DNA of 64,000 nucleotides, from positions 16,663 to 80,662 of the forward strand of contig JAYPGZ010000004.1 of NCBI GenBank assembly GCA_038127095.1. Direction: 5' to 3'. The position numbers were made by a program, and so were the translations under genes. This document shows, one piece after another, positions 26,897 to 35,158 of this stretch (position 1 is the stretch's first letter; every line of letters begins with the position of its first letter). The DNA comes from Candidatus Roizmanbacteria bacterium. Lineage in GTDB: Bacteria > Patescibacteriota > Microgenomatia > UBA1406 > HO2-37-13b. The notes below the pieces were generated by a model. That model was not told the origin of the DNA. It was given only the letters and a program-made list of their open reading frames with translations, and searched no databases.

Positions 26897-28353
26897 AGCT
26901 TAAAAATCGTGGCTTTATTACTTTCAAAAACTACCGAAAAATCAGGTACTTTTTTGACTTCGATGATGACATCTGGTTTATCGGTCACAAAGTAGTTGGC
27001 ACCACGTTTGCGCAAATCATGCAGATCTTCTGTAACGGCCGGATATCCACGACGGTTTGCGTTATAAAGCAGCGTAGTATCTCCAACAGTGTCCGTAACC
27101 ACAATAGCATCCTCTTCAGTAATGAGCTTGATCGCTTGTGCGGTGCTAACCATACTATCTGAAATATTGTAGTAATCTTTTACTCGCTCATATGAAAAAA
27201 GCCACGAACCTGCAAAGATTACGACAATTGAAGCAATTAGCATGGTTTGATTTGCTACCTTTTTTCCGAGTTGCATAAAGAGCGATACGCCCAAACCCAC
27301 AAAAATAGCGACTGCAGGCAAAATAACTACTTGATAGTAATCGTGCTGGACATTTCCACCTTGAAAAGTAAAAAGGTACAACAGCGCACTTGCGCCAATT
27401 GAATAAAATAGCGCGCTTTTAAGCGGTTTTTTTATAATTCCTGCCATTAAGAAAACAATAGTGTATCCTCCCAGCAGCAAAATCAGAATTCTTTCAAAAA
27501 AAATCCAGCGGAAAAACGCGGGTCTAAAAAAGACCGACTTTAATTCTCCTCCTGTATTTACGCCAAAAAAAAGCCAATCACTTGCTGGGATTCCCTGAGG
27601 AAATTGGGTAATGTATAAACGCCATGCCGCTAGTGGAGCAACAGCTCCAATGAAATATATATATAAAGGAATCTGTGCAATAACACCAAATCCGTATTTC
27701 TTAAACATAAGATATACAACTGGAAGGAGATAGAAAATAACAGTAGGCTTGGTGAGTAGCCCAAACATAATCATAAACATCGAAAGTAGCAAAAGCACCG
27801 TACTATTTATTGTCGATTTTGAAGAGTGTTTTGCAAATTTATATGCAAAGAAAATGCCCATAAACATAAATGAAACTGCTGGAGTGTCGGGTAGTATGAC
27901 GCGCGAATAGTATATAAAAAAGGGGAATACTGCATATGTAAGTGCTGCTGCAATAGCTGCCGTTTGACTTTCTTCAAAATAGAGTAAGTAGTAAATAATG
28001 CTGATTGTTATCAGTGAGAACAAAATCGTTACTAAACGCCCGTGTTGTTCAATTGGTACAAATGGGAGTGCTGTATGGAACGTGGCTATTATGCTCTGAT
28101 AAATGGGAAATTCCACGTATCGCAAGCCTTCAGGATTGTATTGTCCTGTTTGTACATTTGAAAGGTCATCATAGCGAGGTTTTAACAAGTCGATCCCATC
28201 TTTAGCATAATTACGAGCAACTGCTGCTGTATCTGCTTGTCTCCATGAATGCCAGTCAGCAAGCGGTGCGGTAAATTTATAGAGTCGTACTACAAATGCT
28301 AGTAGTAATATCGCTCCAAGTATAAGCGTATTTTTTTTTGAAAAGAAATTCAT
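26893..28353 (-). CDS. polytopic GT-C glycosyltransferase, ArnT/PMT-like (GT39/GT83-type)
   Basis: 486 aa with more than 10 TM. The first loop ADWHSWRQADTAAVARNY is typical of lipid-P-sugar dependent GT-C enzymes. Soluble C-terminal domain. Confidence 0.7.
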   Translation of the reverse strand: MNFFSKKNTLILGAILLLAFVVRLYKFTAPLADWHSWRQADTAAVARNYAKDGIDLLKPRYDDLSNVQTGQYNPEGLRYVEFPIYQSIIATFHTALPFVPIEQHGRLVTILFSLITISIIYYLLYFEESQTAAIAAALTYAVFPFFIYYSRVILPDTPAVSFMFMGIFFAYKFAKHSSKSTINSTVLLLLSMFMIMFGLLTKPTVIFYLLPVVYLMFKKYGFGVIAQIPLYIYFIGAVAPLAAWRLYITQFPQGIPASDWLFFGVNTGGELKSVFFRPAFFRWIFFERILILLLGGYTIVFLMAGIIKKPLKSALFYSIGASALLYLFTFQGGNVQHDYYQVVILPAVAIFVGLGVSLFMQLGKKVANQTMLIASIVVIFAGSWLFSYERVKDYYNISDSMVSTAQAIKLITEEDAIVVTDTVGDTTLLYNANRRGYPAVTEDLHDLRKRGANYFVTDKPDVIIEVKKVPDFSVVFESNKATIFKL

Positions 28354-28361
28354 GGTATATA

Positions 28362-29849
28362 TTATTTTCGAGCACTGTCAAGGCGTCCAACAAAAATTCC
28401 TAACGTAAACCACAGAATGTAAGCAACTTTTGAAGCTTCAAATACATCGATATATCCAGCATTAATCATTAAACCCGCTAGACCAAATAAGAGTGATGTA
28501 AAAATGTATTGTTCGTTTTCGGCAACTTTTTTAATACCAAGTCTGAGATAGTTTCCAATTGAATAAAGAACAAATAAAAATAAACCAAATCCCAACAGTC
28601 CAAATTCTCCTAGCCATCGTAGATAATCATTATCAGTTGATTCAGTAATTGAAGAAGGTCCTGTTCCTAGCAGTGGATTTTTAAGTAATGCATTAATTGC
28701 ACGAGGCCATTCTACCTGTAAGCGTGTAGCAAAAGATATATCGGTTGCAACCGCTGAAACTTCTTTGTAATTTGCAGAATTTGTAGCTCCTGGTACGTTG
28801 CCTAGTCCACTTTTGGTAGCCTCTTTAATTGCTTCATTGATTGATTGTGCTTTAATTGCCGCAGCTTCTGAAGACTGCTGTGTCTGTTTGTTAATCTGAA
28901 TAAATGACGTACCTGCAGGGAGTTCTTTACTATTGATTCGTTGTGAAACTACCACCTGACCGGTTTGTTCGTTTACTAAAATTTGTTTAATTTGAAATGT
29001 TTTAAGGAGACGCTGTGTAAGATCCTTTTGAGAATAAGCAAGAATGAGGGAAAGAAGAAATACAAAGGCAAAGTGTCGGTAACGCTTTATGTATAGTAAA
29101 AATAACGGTGTGGTAACGATGTAGGCTAAAAACGAAGATCTGGAAGCTGTTAGCATGAGTATGAATACTCCGAGAATGAAGATGACATATAAAGAATAAT
29201 GGAGAAGAGTCTTCTTTTTTGTTGCGATGAATGTACCAATAATAATCGGCAGTGTAAGTACTAAATACGCCGCTAAATCGTAGTGTCCGCCAAATGTTGA
29301 AGAAATTCGAGCTTCTGGAGTCAAGAACAATATATGGCCTTTTGCGAATTCTGGATTCATGGTAGATACTGCTGGGAAATCAAAGAATCGTTGACCAATA
29401 CCGTAAAAACATACGAGTGTAAATGATGCTATTAAGCTGCCCAGTAGCCAATTAAATTGTTTTTTGCTACGGACTGCATTAACTGCGATGAAGAAAATTA
29501 TCATATATTCAACTCGTCGCGCAGCGTGAAGTAGTGCTAGCTGATGATATGGGAGTGTTTTTGTTATGAATATTCCACTTACAACCGACAGGAATACAGC
29601 TCCCCAAAACAATACGATCGGTTTAGTAAAGATTGGATGCAGCGTAGCTTTTTTTCGAAGAAGCTGTACGACAAATACAGCAGCAACAAATGCTACATAA
29701 AAGTCTTCAAGACGAATAGCAATATATGTGTACGTTACAAAATGAAAAGGGAGTTTTGGATACAGCGGAATAATAAAAACAAATGCCGTTAATAAAATCG
29801 TAAGCAAATTGTCATCAATTGTTTTTAGCAATTCCCAGAGCTTGCGCAT
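28362..29849 (-). CDS. O-antigen ligase/polymerase-like (Wzy_C-type) membrane protein
   Basis: 495 aa with more than 10 TM and a ~110-aa hydrophilic loop (aa ~295-400). Topology-based call only. Confidence 0.5.
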   Translation of the reverse strand: MRKLWELLKTIDDNLLTILLTAFVFIIPLYPKLPFHFVTYTYIAIRLEDFYVAFVAAVFVVQLLRKKATLHPIFTKPIVLFWGAVFLSVVSGIFITKTLPYHQLALLHAARRVEYMIIFFIAVNAVRSKKQFNWLLGSLIASFTLVCFYGIGQRFFDFPAVSTMNPEFAKGHILFLTPEARISSTFGGHYDLAAYLVLTLPIIIGTFIATKKKTLLHYSLYVIFILGVFILMLTASRSSFLAYIVTTPLFLLYIKRYRHFAFVFLLSLILAYSQKDLTQRLLKTFQIKQILVNEQTGQVVVSQRINSKELPAGTSFIQINKQTQQSSEAAAIKAQSINEAIKEATKSGLGNVPGATNSANYKEVSAVATDISFATRLQVEWPRAINALLKNPLLGTGPSSITESTDNDYLRWLGEFGLLGFGLFLFVLYSIGNYLRLGIKKVAENEQYIFTSLLFGLAGLMINAGYIDVFEASKVAYILWFTLGIFVGRLDSARK

Positions 29850-30711
29850 ATGTTTTTTTTAAGTACTCGTTGTTTGTAACGACTCCAATTGCAATACTAA
29901 CAAGTGCTTTAAATTGTAGCATAAACCGTAGAACTTGTAATTGCAAGCGGCTAGTGTGTTTTTTATAGAAATACAAGAATCCTTTAAAAACCTGTATGAT
30001 TGGCTCGCTACGACCATTGCTCGAAGCGCTTCCCAGGTGAATAATACGAGATTGTGGGTAAAAGCCTGTCATTAATCCAACCTGCCGTGCTCGGTACAAT
30101 AAATCAATTTCTTCCATATACATGAATATTGCTTCATCGAATCCGCCAAGACTTTCAAAGTCACCTTTTTTACACATAAAACATGCTCCCGAAACCCAAT
30201 CTACTCGTTTGGTGAATCGTGGTGAAAAACGGGTTAAACCGTAATAATCTCCGCGCAGAAAAAGGGCTGCAAACACTACTGGTAGTGTATAAAAGTATCC
30301 TGCCGACGCTTGAGGAGTTTTTCCATCTTTTTCAATAAGCTTTGGTCCAACGAATGCAAATGTATTTAAGTCGCTGGTAAAAAAGGAGTAAAGGGAGCCA
30401 ATCGCGTCGTCTAAAATCTCAGTATCCGAATTAAGGAAAAGAAGATGTGTCCCTGTTGCCTGTTTGACTGCCGCATTATTACCCCGAGAAAATCCCAAGT
30501 TTTCTTTACTTTCTATAATTTTTAAGGGGAATGTGGAGTGCTTTTTAAATTCCTCAAGCATTGCAACAGAATCGTCTTTGGAATCATTATCTAAAACAAT
30601 AATTTCCATTTTAAAAGGAGCTTCTTTAAGCGACGTAACAATACTCTCCAAACACCGCTTCGTAATCGAGGACGTATTGAAGGAAATTATAATAATTGAA
30701 AGATCAGTCAT
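29815..30711 (-). CDS. glycosyltransferase family 2 (possible polyprenyl-phosphate sugar synthase partner of the GT-C)
   Basis: LSIIIISFNT, LDNDSKDDS, FLNSDTE, GFSRGNN. Start moved to ATG 30711 (MTDLSIIII), supported by the -10 box. Confidence 0.8.
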   Translation of the reverse strand: MTDLSIIIISFNTSSITKRCLESIVTSLKEAPFKMEIIVLDNDSKDDSVAMLEEFKKHSTFPLKIIESKENLGFSRGNNAAVKQATGTHLLFLNSDTEILDDAIGSLYSFFTSDLNTFAFVGPKLIEKDGKTPQASAGYFYTLPVVFAALFLRGDYYGLTRFSPRFTKRVDWVSGACFMCKKGDFESLGGFDEAIFMYMEEIDLLYRARQVGLMTGFYPQSRIIHLGSASSNGRSEPIIQVFKGFLYFYKKHTSRLQLQVLRFMLQFKALVSIAIGVVTNNEYLKKTYAQALGIAKNN

Positions 30712-30717
30712 ACGTTT

Positions 30718-30726
30718 AGTATAGCA
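30718..30726 (-). promoter_or_regulatory. extended -10 (TGcTATACT) for the 12-gene glycan operon, 6 nt from the ATG at 30711
   Basis: The minus strand reads ctgcTATACTaaacgtATG. Repeat element copy 4 abuts it upstream. Confidence 0.5.
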
Positions 30727-30727
30727 G

Positions 30728-30754
30728 GTCATCCTGAGCGAGGCGAATGATTCC
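30728..30754 (+). repeat. dispersed bipartite element, copy 4 (diverged right half)
   Basis: GTCATCCTGAGC-gaggc-GAATGATTCC. Confidence 0.6.
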
Positions 30755-30768
30755 AGTTCATGTTTTTT

Positions 30769-30796
30769 TTGACAGGCAGAAAAAAAAGTGTATAAT
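30769..30796 (+). promoter_or_regulatory. near-consensus sigma70-type promoter (TTGACA-16-TATAAT)
   Basis: TTGACA at 30769-30774 and TATAAT at 30791-30796. The predicted TSS near 30803 leaves a ~24-nt AU-rich leader before the ATG at 30827. Confidence 0.6.
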
Positions 30797-30826
30797 CGGG
30801 ATATTATATTGTTGTGACAATTAAAT

Positions 30827-31690
30827 ATGGCATCAAAAGCAGAAAATACTCAAGCATATTCTCATGAACTTCAACAACCCACTGCGCATGAATGGGTACA
30901 TCAAGTGACAGCGGCTTTAGGTGAAAATGGATCTTTGACAAGAGCAAATAGCGTAATACTGCAAATTTCGCTAGCAGAACGACTTTATACGACATTTGGT
31001 TATGATCGGTCAAAAATTATTGTCGCTGGTACATACAGAAGACACAAAACACCTGATGAAGCACAAATTGCAAAAGGTCAACTAGATGAACTTCAAAGAG
31101 AATTAATAGAACAGCAAAATCAAACCGCTTATAGAGTGATCGCAGAAAGACAAGTGGCTGGTATCATTCAGGATTATTTTCAAGTAGATCGGGATTTTGA
31201 CCAATACTTAGATGCATTGAAATGGGTAGATGATGTCAAAAAGCACAACGTGATTCAAAGAGATGTTGAGGGAATGCAGTTTACGCTCGTTGCCGATACT
31301 CGACATGTTTTGGACAATGCGAATAAAGAAATGCATTTGAAAGATGAAGAGCTTGATCGTGTTCTAAAAGATCGTTTAGCTGTACAATTTGGACCATTTT
31401 CCAATGATGTGTACACTGTTCTATATTCGCCTATCCTAGATGATTCAAATCGGGCCCAAGAGATTGCGCGTCTACAAGATTGTCTAACTGAAAGTCCTTG
31501 GTCAGGATTGTTGCATACCGAAAGTATATCGCAATTTGATACTAAAGGTAATATTATAAATACACTAACAAGTCGCAATCTTGCAGCAGAACGGCTTCGC
31601 TTCTTGTTAACAACTCATACGGTTGGACAACCTAATACCGTAGGAATTCTTTTCAATTTTGAATCAAGACTTGCTGAACAGGTACGATAA
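30827..31690 (+). CDS. hypothetical soluble protein (no recognisable motif)
   Basis: 287-aa ORF with no TM or signal peptide. An in-frame TGA at 30815 excludes an upstream start. Confidence 0.55.
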   Translation: MASKAENTQAYSHELQQPTAHEWVHQVTAALGENGSLTRANSVILQISLAERLYTTFGYDRSKIIVAGTYRRHKTPDEAQIAKGQLDELQRELIEQQNQTAYRVIAERQVAGIIQDYFQVDRDFDQYLDALKWVDDVKKHNVIQRDVEGMQFTLVADTRHVLDNANKEMHLKDEELDRVLKDRLAVQFGPFSNDVYTVLYSPILDDSNRAQEIARLQDCLTESPWSGLLHTESISQFDTKGNIINTLTSRNLAAERLRFLLTTHTVGQPNTVGILFNFESRLAEQVR

Positions 31691-31707
31691 AATTATTAGC
31701 CTTTTTC

Positions 31708-31716
31708 TGCTATACT
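31708..31716 (+). promoter_or_regulatory. extended -10 (TGcTATACT) for glyQS, 7 nt from the ATG at 31724
   Basis: ctgcTATACTttcttttATG. Confidence 0.5.
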
Positions 31717-31723
31717 TTCTTTT

Positions 31724-33100
31724 ATGAATTCGCAAGCTTCATTAGATAAAGTTACTGCTCTTGCTAAGCGCCGGGGATTTATTTATCCTTCATCCGACAT
31801 TTATGGCGGCATGGCAAATAGCTGGGATTTTGGACATTACGGAACACTTCTAAAAAACAATATTCGCGACATGTGGTGGAAACACTATGTTTTGGATCGA
31901 CCTGACATGATAGGAATTGAGGCGAGTATTTTTTTGAACCCAAAAGTATGGCAGGCAAGTGGGCATGTGGCAAACTTCACCGATGCCATGGTTGATTGTA
32001 AAAATTGCAAGACTCGAACACGAGCTGATCATTTAATTGAAGGAGCGCTTAAAGACACAAAGGTTGAAGGTTTGCCTGTTGAAGAACTAACCGAGCTTAT
32101 TAAGAAAAACGCTATTAAATGTCCAAAATGTGGGCTCTCCGACTGGACTGACGTTCGTCAGTTTAACTTACTATTTGAAACAAAATTAGGGATTGTAGAA
32201 AGTGAAAAGTCCCAGGTGTATTTGCGCGGAGAACTGGCACAAGGTATTTTTATTAACTTCAAGAATGTGTTAAATTCCATGCGAGTCAAGCTCCCATTTG
32301 GAATTGCACAAGTTGGTAAGGCTTTCAGAAATGAAATAACCATGGGTCAGTCAGTTCATCGAACGTTAGAGTTTGACTTAATGGAATTTGAGTATTTTAT
32401 TGATCCTAAAAACTGGGAGTCAACATATAATGCGTGGCACGACGATATGTGGCAGTTTGCACTCTCTTTGGGACTAAAGGAGGAAAATCTGCGTTGGCGC
32501 GAGCATGAAGAATTTGAGCGAGCGCACTATTCCAAAAAAACCGCTGATATTGAATATGAATATCCATTTGGGTTTAAAGAAATGTTTGGGATTGCGTACC
32601 GCACCGATTTTGATTTGAAAAACCACATGGAGCAATCAGGGGTAGATATGCACTACACCGATAAAGATGGTAACAAGTACGTTCCGCATGTAGTCGAGCC
32701 TACATTTGGGCTTTCACGACTTGTGGGAGTTGTTTTGACCGATGCGTATTGCGAGGAAAGTGTTGGAGAAAATACTCGTACAGTGCTTAAATTACATCCG
32801 AAACTCGCACCTATTAAAGTTGCCATATTTCCATTGCAAAAAGATGAAAAGCTACAGGCTGAGGCAAAGGAAATATACAACTCATTAAGCAAGCAATTTG
32901 TTTGTGAATTTGATGATGCAGGAAATATTGGAAAAATGTATCGTCGACAAGACGAGATTGGAACACCGTTTTGTATAACGGTTGATTACGAAACTGAATC
33001 AGATGGAAAAGTCACTATACGCGATCGTGACAGCATGAAGCAAGAACGTGTTGAAATCGCTCAACTTTCTGAGTATATTGAAAAAAAGTTAACAATATAA
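31724..33100 (+). CDS. glyQS: glycyl-tRNA synthetase, dimeric (alpha2) class II type
   Basis: RRGFIYPSSDIYGG, GKAFRNEI, EPTFGLSRL, and a C-terminal anticodon-binding domain. Confidence 0.93.
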   Translation: MNSQASLDKVTALAKRRGFIYPSSDIYGGMANSWDFGHYGTLLKNNIRDMWWKHYVLDRPDMIGIEASIFLNPKVWQASGHVANFTDAMVDCKNCKTRTRADHLIEGALKDTKVEGLPVEELTELIKKNAIKCPKCGLSDWTDVRQFNLLFETKLGIVESEKSQVYLRGELAQGIFINFKNVLNSMRVKLPFGIAQVGKAFRNEITMGQSVHRTLEFDLMEFEYFIDPKNWESTYNAWHDDMWQFALSLGLKEENLRWREHEEFERAHYSKKTADIEYEYPFGFKEMFGIAYRTDFDLKNHMEQSGVDMHYTDKDGNKYVPHVVEPTFGLSRLVGVVLTDAYCEESVGENTRTVLKLHPKLAPIKVAIFPLQKDEKLQAEAKEIYNSLSKQFVCEFDDAGNIGKMYRRQDEIGTPFCITVDYETESDGKVTIRDRDSMKQERVEIAQLSEYIEKKLTI

Positions 33101-33102
33101 CT

Positions 33103-33570
33103 ATGAAAAATAAAAACACTCAGGTTGCTGTTGGAATTTTAGTTTCAGTACTTGTAATTGGGGCATTAGTGATGATTGGAATGAAAAAATCGGGCAGTAC
33201 TCAAGAAGCAGACGATTCAAATTTACCACAGGTAGAAGTAATACCAACAGTGGGAGCTTCTACCAAGGTTGTGCTTGAATCGGGCAAGGCAAAAGGAGAA
33301 GTGAAACTAAGTATTGAAGGTATGCCAGAAGGTACCACAGGATTTGAGTATGAGCTTGCATATAATACCAAAGGAGATGTTCAGCAAGGAGCCATTGGAA
33401 CTGTTATGGATGTTGAGGGAAAATCATCGTATGACAAAACAATTTGTTTATGTAGTGAGTCTTCCGGAACACGACGATATCACGAGCTCGTCGATAATAT
33501 GATAACCGTCTCTATTAAATTTGACACGGCTTCAGGTCCTCGTAAGTTTGAGAAAGAATTCGAGATTTAA
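33103..33570 (+). CDS. small membrane-anchored extracytoplasmic protein, unknown function
   Basis: 155 aa. N-terminal TM (VAVGILVSVLVIGALVMIG) followed by a beta-rich domain. 2-nt gap after glyQS. Confidence 0.55.
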   Translation: MKNKNTQVAVGILVSVLVIGALVMIGMKKSGSTQEADDSNLPQVEVIPTVGASTKVVLESGKAKGEVKLSIEGMPEGTTGFEYELAYNTKGDVQQGAIGTVMDVEGKSSYDKTICLCSESSGTRRYHELVDNMITVSIKFDTASGPRKFEKEFEI

Positions 33571-33584
33571 AAGAACATACGGTG

Positions 33585-33593
33585 TGATATAAT
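33585..33593 (+). promoter_or_regulatory. extended -10 (TGaTATAAT), 8 nt from the ATG at 33602
   Basis: gtgaTATAATcggctcgtATG. Confidence 0.5.
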
Positions 33594-33601
33594 CGGCTCG
33601 T

Positions 33602-33874
33602 ATGTCGGCTGAGATATTCCATACTATCGGTAAACGAATGGTTAGTCAGCATGTTCCCTCTGAGGGTCGTGTTGAGCTCCCACTAGGTAAAAACGGTACT
33701 ATTGTGTGTACGAGCCTGGGTGGTGTGTCTGAGGTTATGGTTTGGCAATATGATTCAAATCCCTTGCCCGATCACCCAGATTCTTCATGCAGACTACTTG
33801 GTATTGTGCCTCCATCGGGAATGCTGGTTGTCCCCGTGACTCAACGTCAGCGGGTGACCATTCATCATACATAA
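33602..33874 (+). CDS. small hypothetical protein (90 aa), visibly more GC-rich than its neighbours
   Basis: The ORF is supported mainly by the -10 box at the leaderless-type distance. No motif recognised. Confidence 0.45.
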   Translation: MSAEIFHTIGKRMVSQHVPSEGRVELPLGKNGTIVCTSLGGVSEVMVWQYDSNPLPDHPDSSCRLLGIVPPSGMLVVPVTQRQRVTIHHT

Positions 33875-33928
33875 TTAATACTCCTTGTTTTTCCCCTCGA
33901 ATCAATACGAAATATGCTTATTTACCCC

Positions 33929-33957
33929 TTGACATCGCTCTAAATTGAGCCTAAAAT
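33929..33957 (+). promoter_or_regulatory. dcw-cluster promoter (TTGACA-17-TAAAAT), 8 nt from the mraZ ATG
   Basis: TTGACA at 33929-33934, TAAAAT at 33952-33957, ATG at 33966. Confidence 0.65.
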
Positions 33958-33965
33958 GGTTGTAA

Positions 33966-34364
33966 ATGGCATTTTTTGGTGAATATAAAGTTTCAATAAC
34001 GGCTGGGGGAAGAATAGTGTTACCGAAAAAGATACGAGAACAGGTGAAAGGAGAAGTATTTATACTCACCAAGGGATTTGACGTTTGTCTGGGGGGATAT
34101 GATAAGGCTGATTGGGACAAGCGATCAGATGCACTTTTACAAGTTTCGCTTCTTGACCGAGACGACATCGACCGTCGCCGATACATTTTTTCAGGTGCAC
34201 AAGAAATTGGGCTAGATGAACAAGGACGTTTTGTTATCCCAAAGTCACTAGCAGCATTTTCTGGTGCAAGTTCTGGAGAAGTTGTAATTATCGGTGTTGG
34301 CGACCACTTTGAAATTTGGGAACAAAAACGCTGGAATCAATATTCCAAAGCGACAAAACAATAA
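33966..34364 (+). CDS. mraZ: transcriptional regulator MraZ
   Basis: Two SpoVT/AbrB-like halves (GRIVLPKKIREQ and GRFVIPKSLAAF). First gene of the dcw cluster. Confidence 0.9.
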   Translation: MAFFGEYKVSITAGGRIVLPKKIREQVKGEVFILTKGFDVCLGGYDKADWDKRSDALLQVSLLDRDDIDRRRYIFSGAQEIGLDEQGRFVIPKSLAAFSGASSGEVVIIGVGDHFEIWEQKRWNQYSKATKQ

Positions 34365-34365
34365 T

Positions 34366-35157
34366 ATGCATACACCTGTCTTATTTAATGAGGTGCTAGA
34401 AGGACTACGAGTAATTCCACAGGGAAAGTATGTTGATGGCACCTATGGACAAGGTGGTCACGCACGAGCAATTGCTCAAAAAGGGGGTATGGTATTGGGT
34501 ATTGATTTGGATGCGGACCAGGTACATAAGAGTGACAAAGACTTAGTGCGAGTCGTACACGGTAACTATGCAGATATTGCTCAAATTGCAAAAGACGAAG
34601 GTTTTTACCCTGTCGAAGGAGTGCTTCTCGATTTTGGATTGTCTATGGAGCAATTAAGTCATAGTAATCGTGGTTTTAGCTATAAACATGGTCAGGAACC
34701 TCTCGATATGCGAATTAATGGCAAATCTGAGCATATAACTGCTGCAGACATTATAAACACATATTCTCGACAAGAATTGGCAGATATGTTTAGTCGAAAT
34801 GCTGAACAGCTTGGTGGTAATACACTTGCCAATGCAATCAAAAGTGGTGGTACTGTTGCAACAGTTGCCGATGTGGTTGATCGAATTGGATCAGAAAGCG
34901 AAAGTACTTTAAAAAGAGTTTTTCAAGCGCTACGTATAGAAGTCAACCATGAGTTCGACAATATAAAAGCAGGAATCGAGGGAGCATACGAAATTACAAA
35001 AGTTGGAGGAAGAATTGCAATTATTAGTTTCCACTCTGTAGAAGATCGCATTGTAAAACAATGGGCACGGGGAAAGGGTTTGAAAGAAATTACAAAGAAA
35101 AAAGGAGGAACGCACGCTTTTGAACGAAGTGCGGTGTTACGAATTTACGAAAAATAA
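34366..35157 (+). CDS. rsmH: 16S rRNA (cytosine1402-N4)-methyltransferase RsmH
   Basis: MHTPVLFNEVLEGL, DGTYGQGGHA, ISFHSVEDRIVK. Start at ATG 34366, 1 nt after the mraZ stop. Confidence 0.9.
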   Translation: MHTPVLFNEVLEGLRVIPQGKYVDGTYGQGGHARAIAQKGGMVLGIDLDADQVHKSDKDLVRVVHGNYADIAQIAKDEGFYPVEGVLLDFGLSMEQLSHSNRGFSYKHGQEPLDMRINGKSEHITAADIINTYSRQELADMFSRNAEQLGGNTLANAIKSGGTVATVADVVDRIGSESESTLKRVFQALRIEVNHEFDNIKAGIEGAYEITKVGGRIAIISFHSVEDRIVKQWARGKGLKEITKKKGGTHAFERSAVLRIYEK

Positions 35158-35158
35158 T

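Noticed and set aside
33602-33874. GC-rich segment as a known structured RNA (RNase P RNA, tmRNA, SRP/4.5S or 6S).
   Set aside because: I could not find the diagnostic strings (GGAAAGUCC-type P4, a tmRNA tRNA-like end with GGUUCGA...CCA, or the SRP GGAAGCAGCC motif). An intact ORF starts at the leaderless distance from a perfect extended -10. I kept it as a low-confidence CDS and flagged it as a finding.
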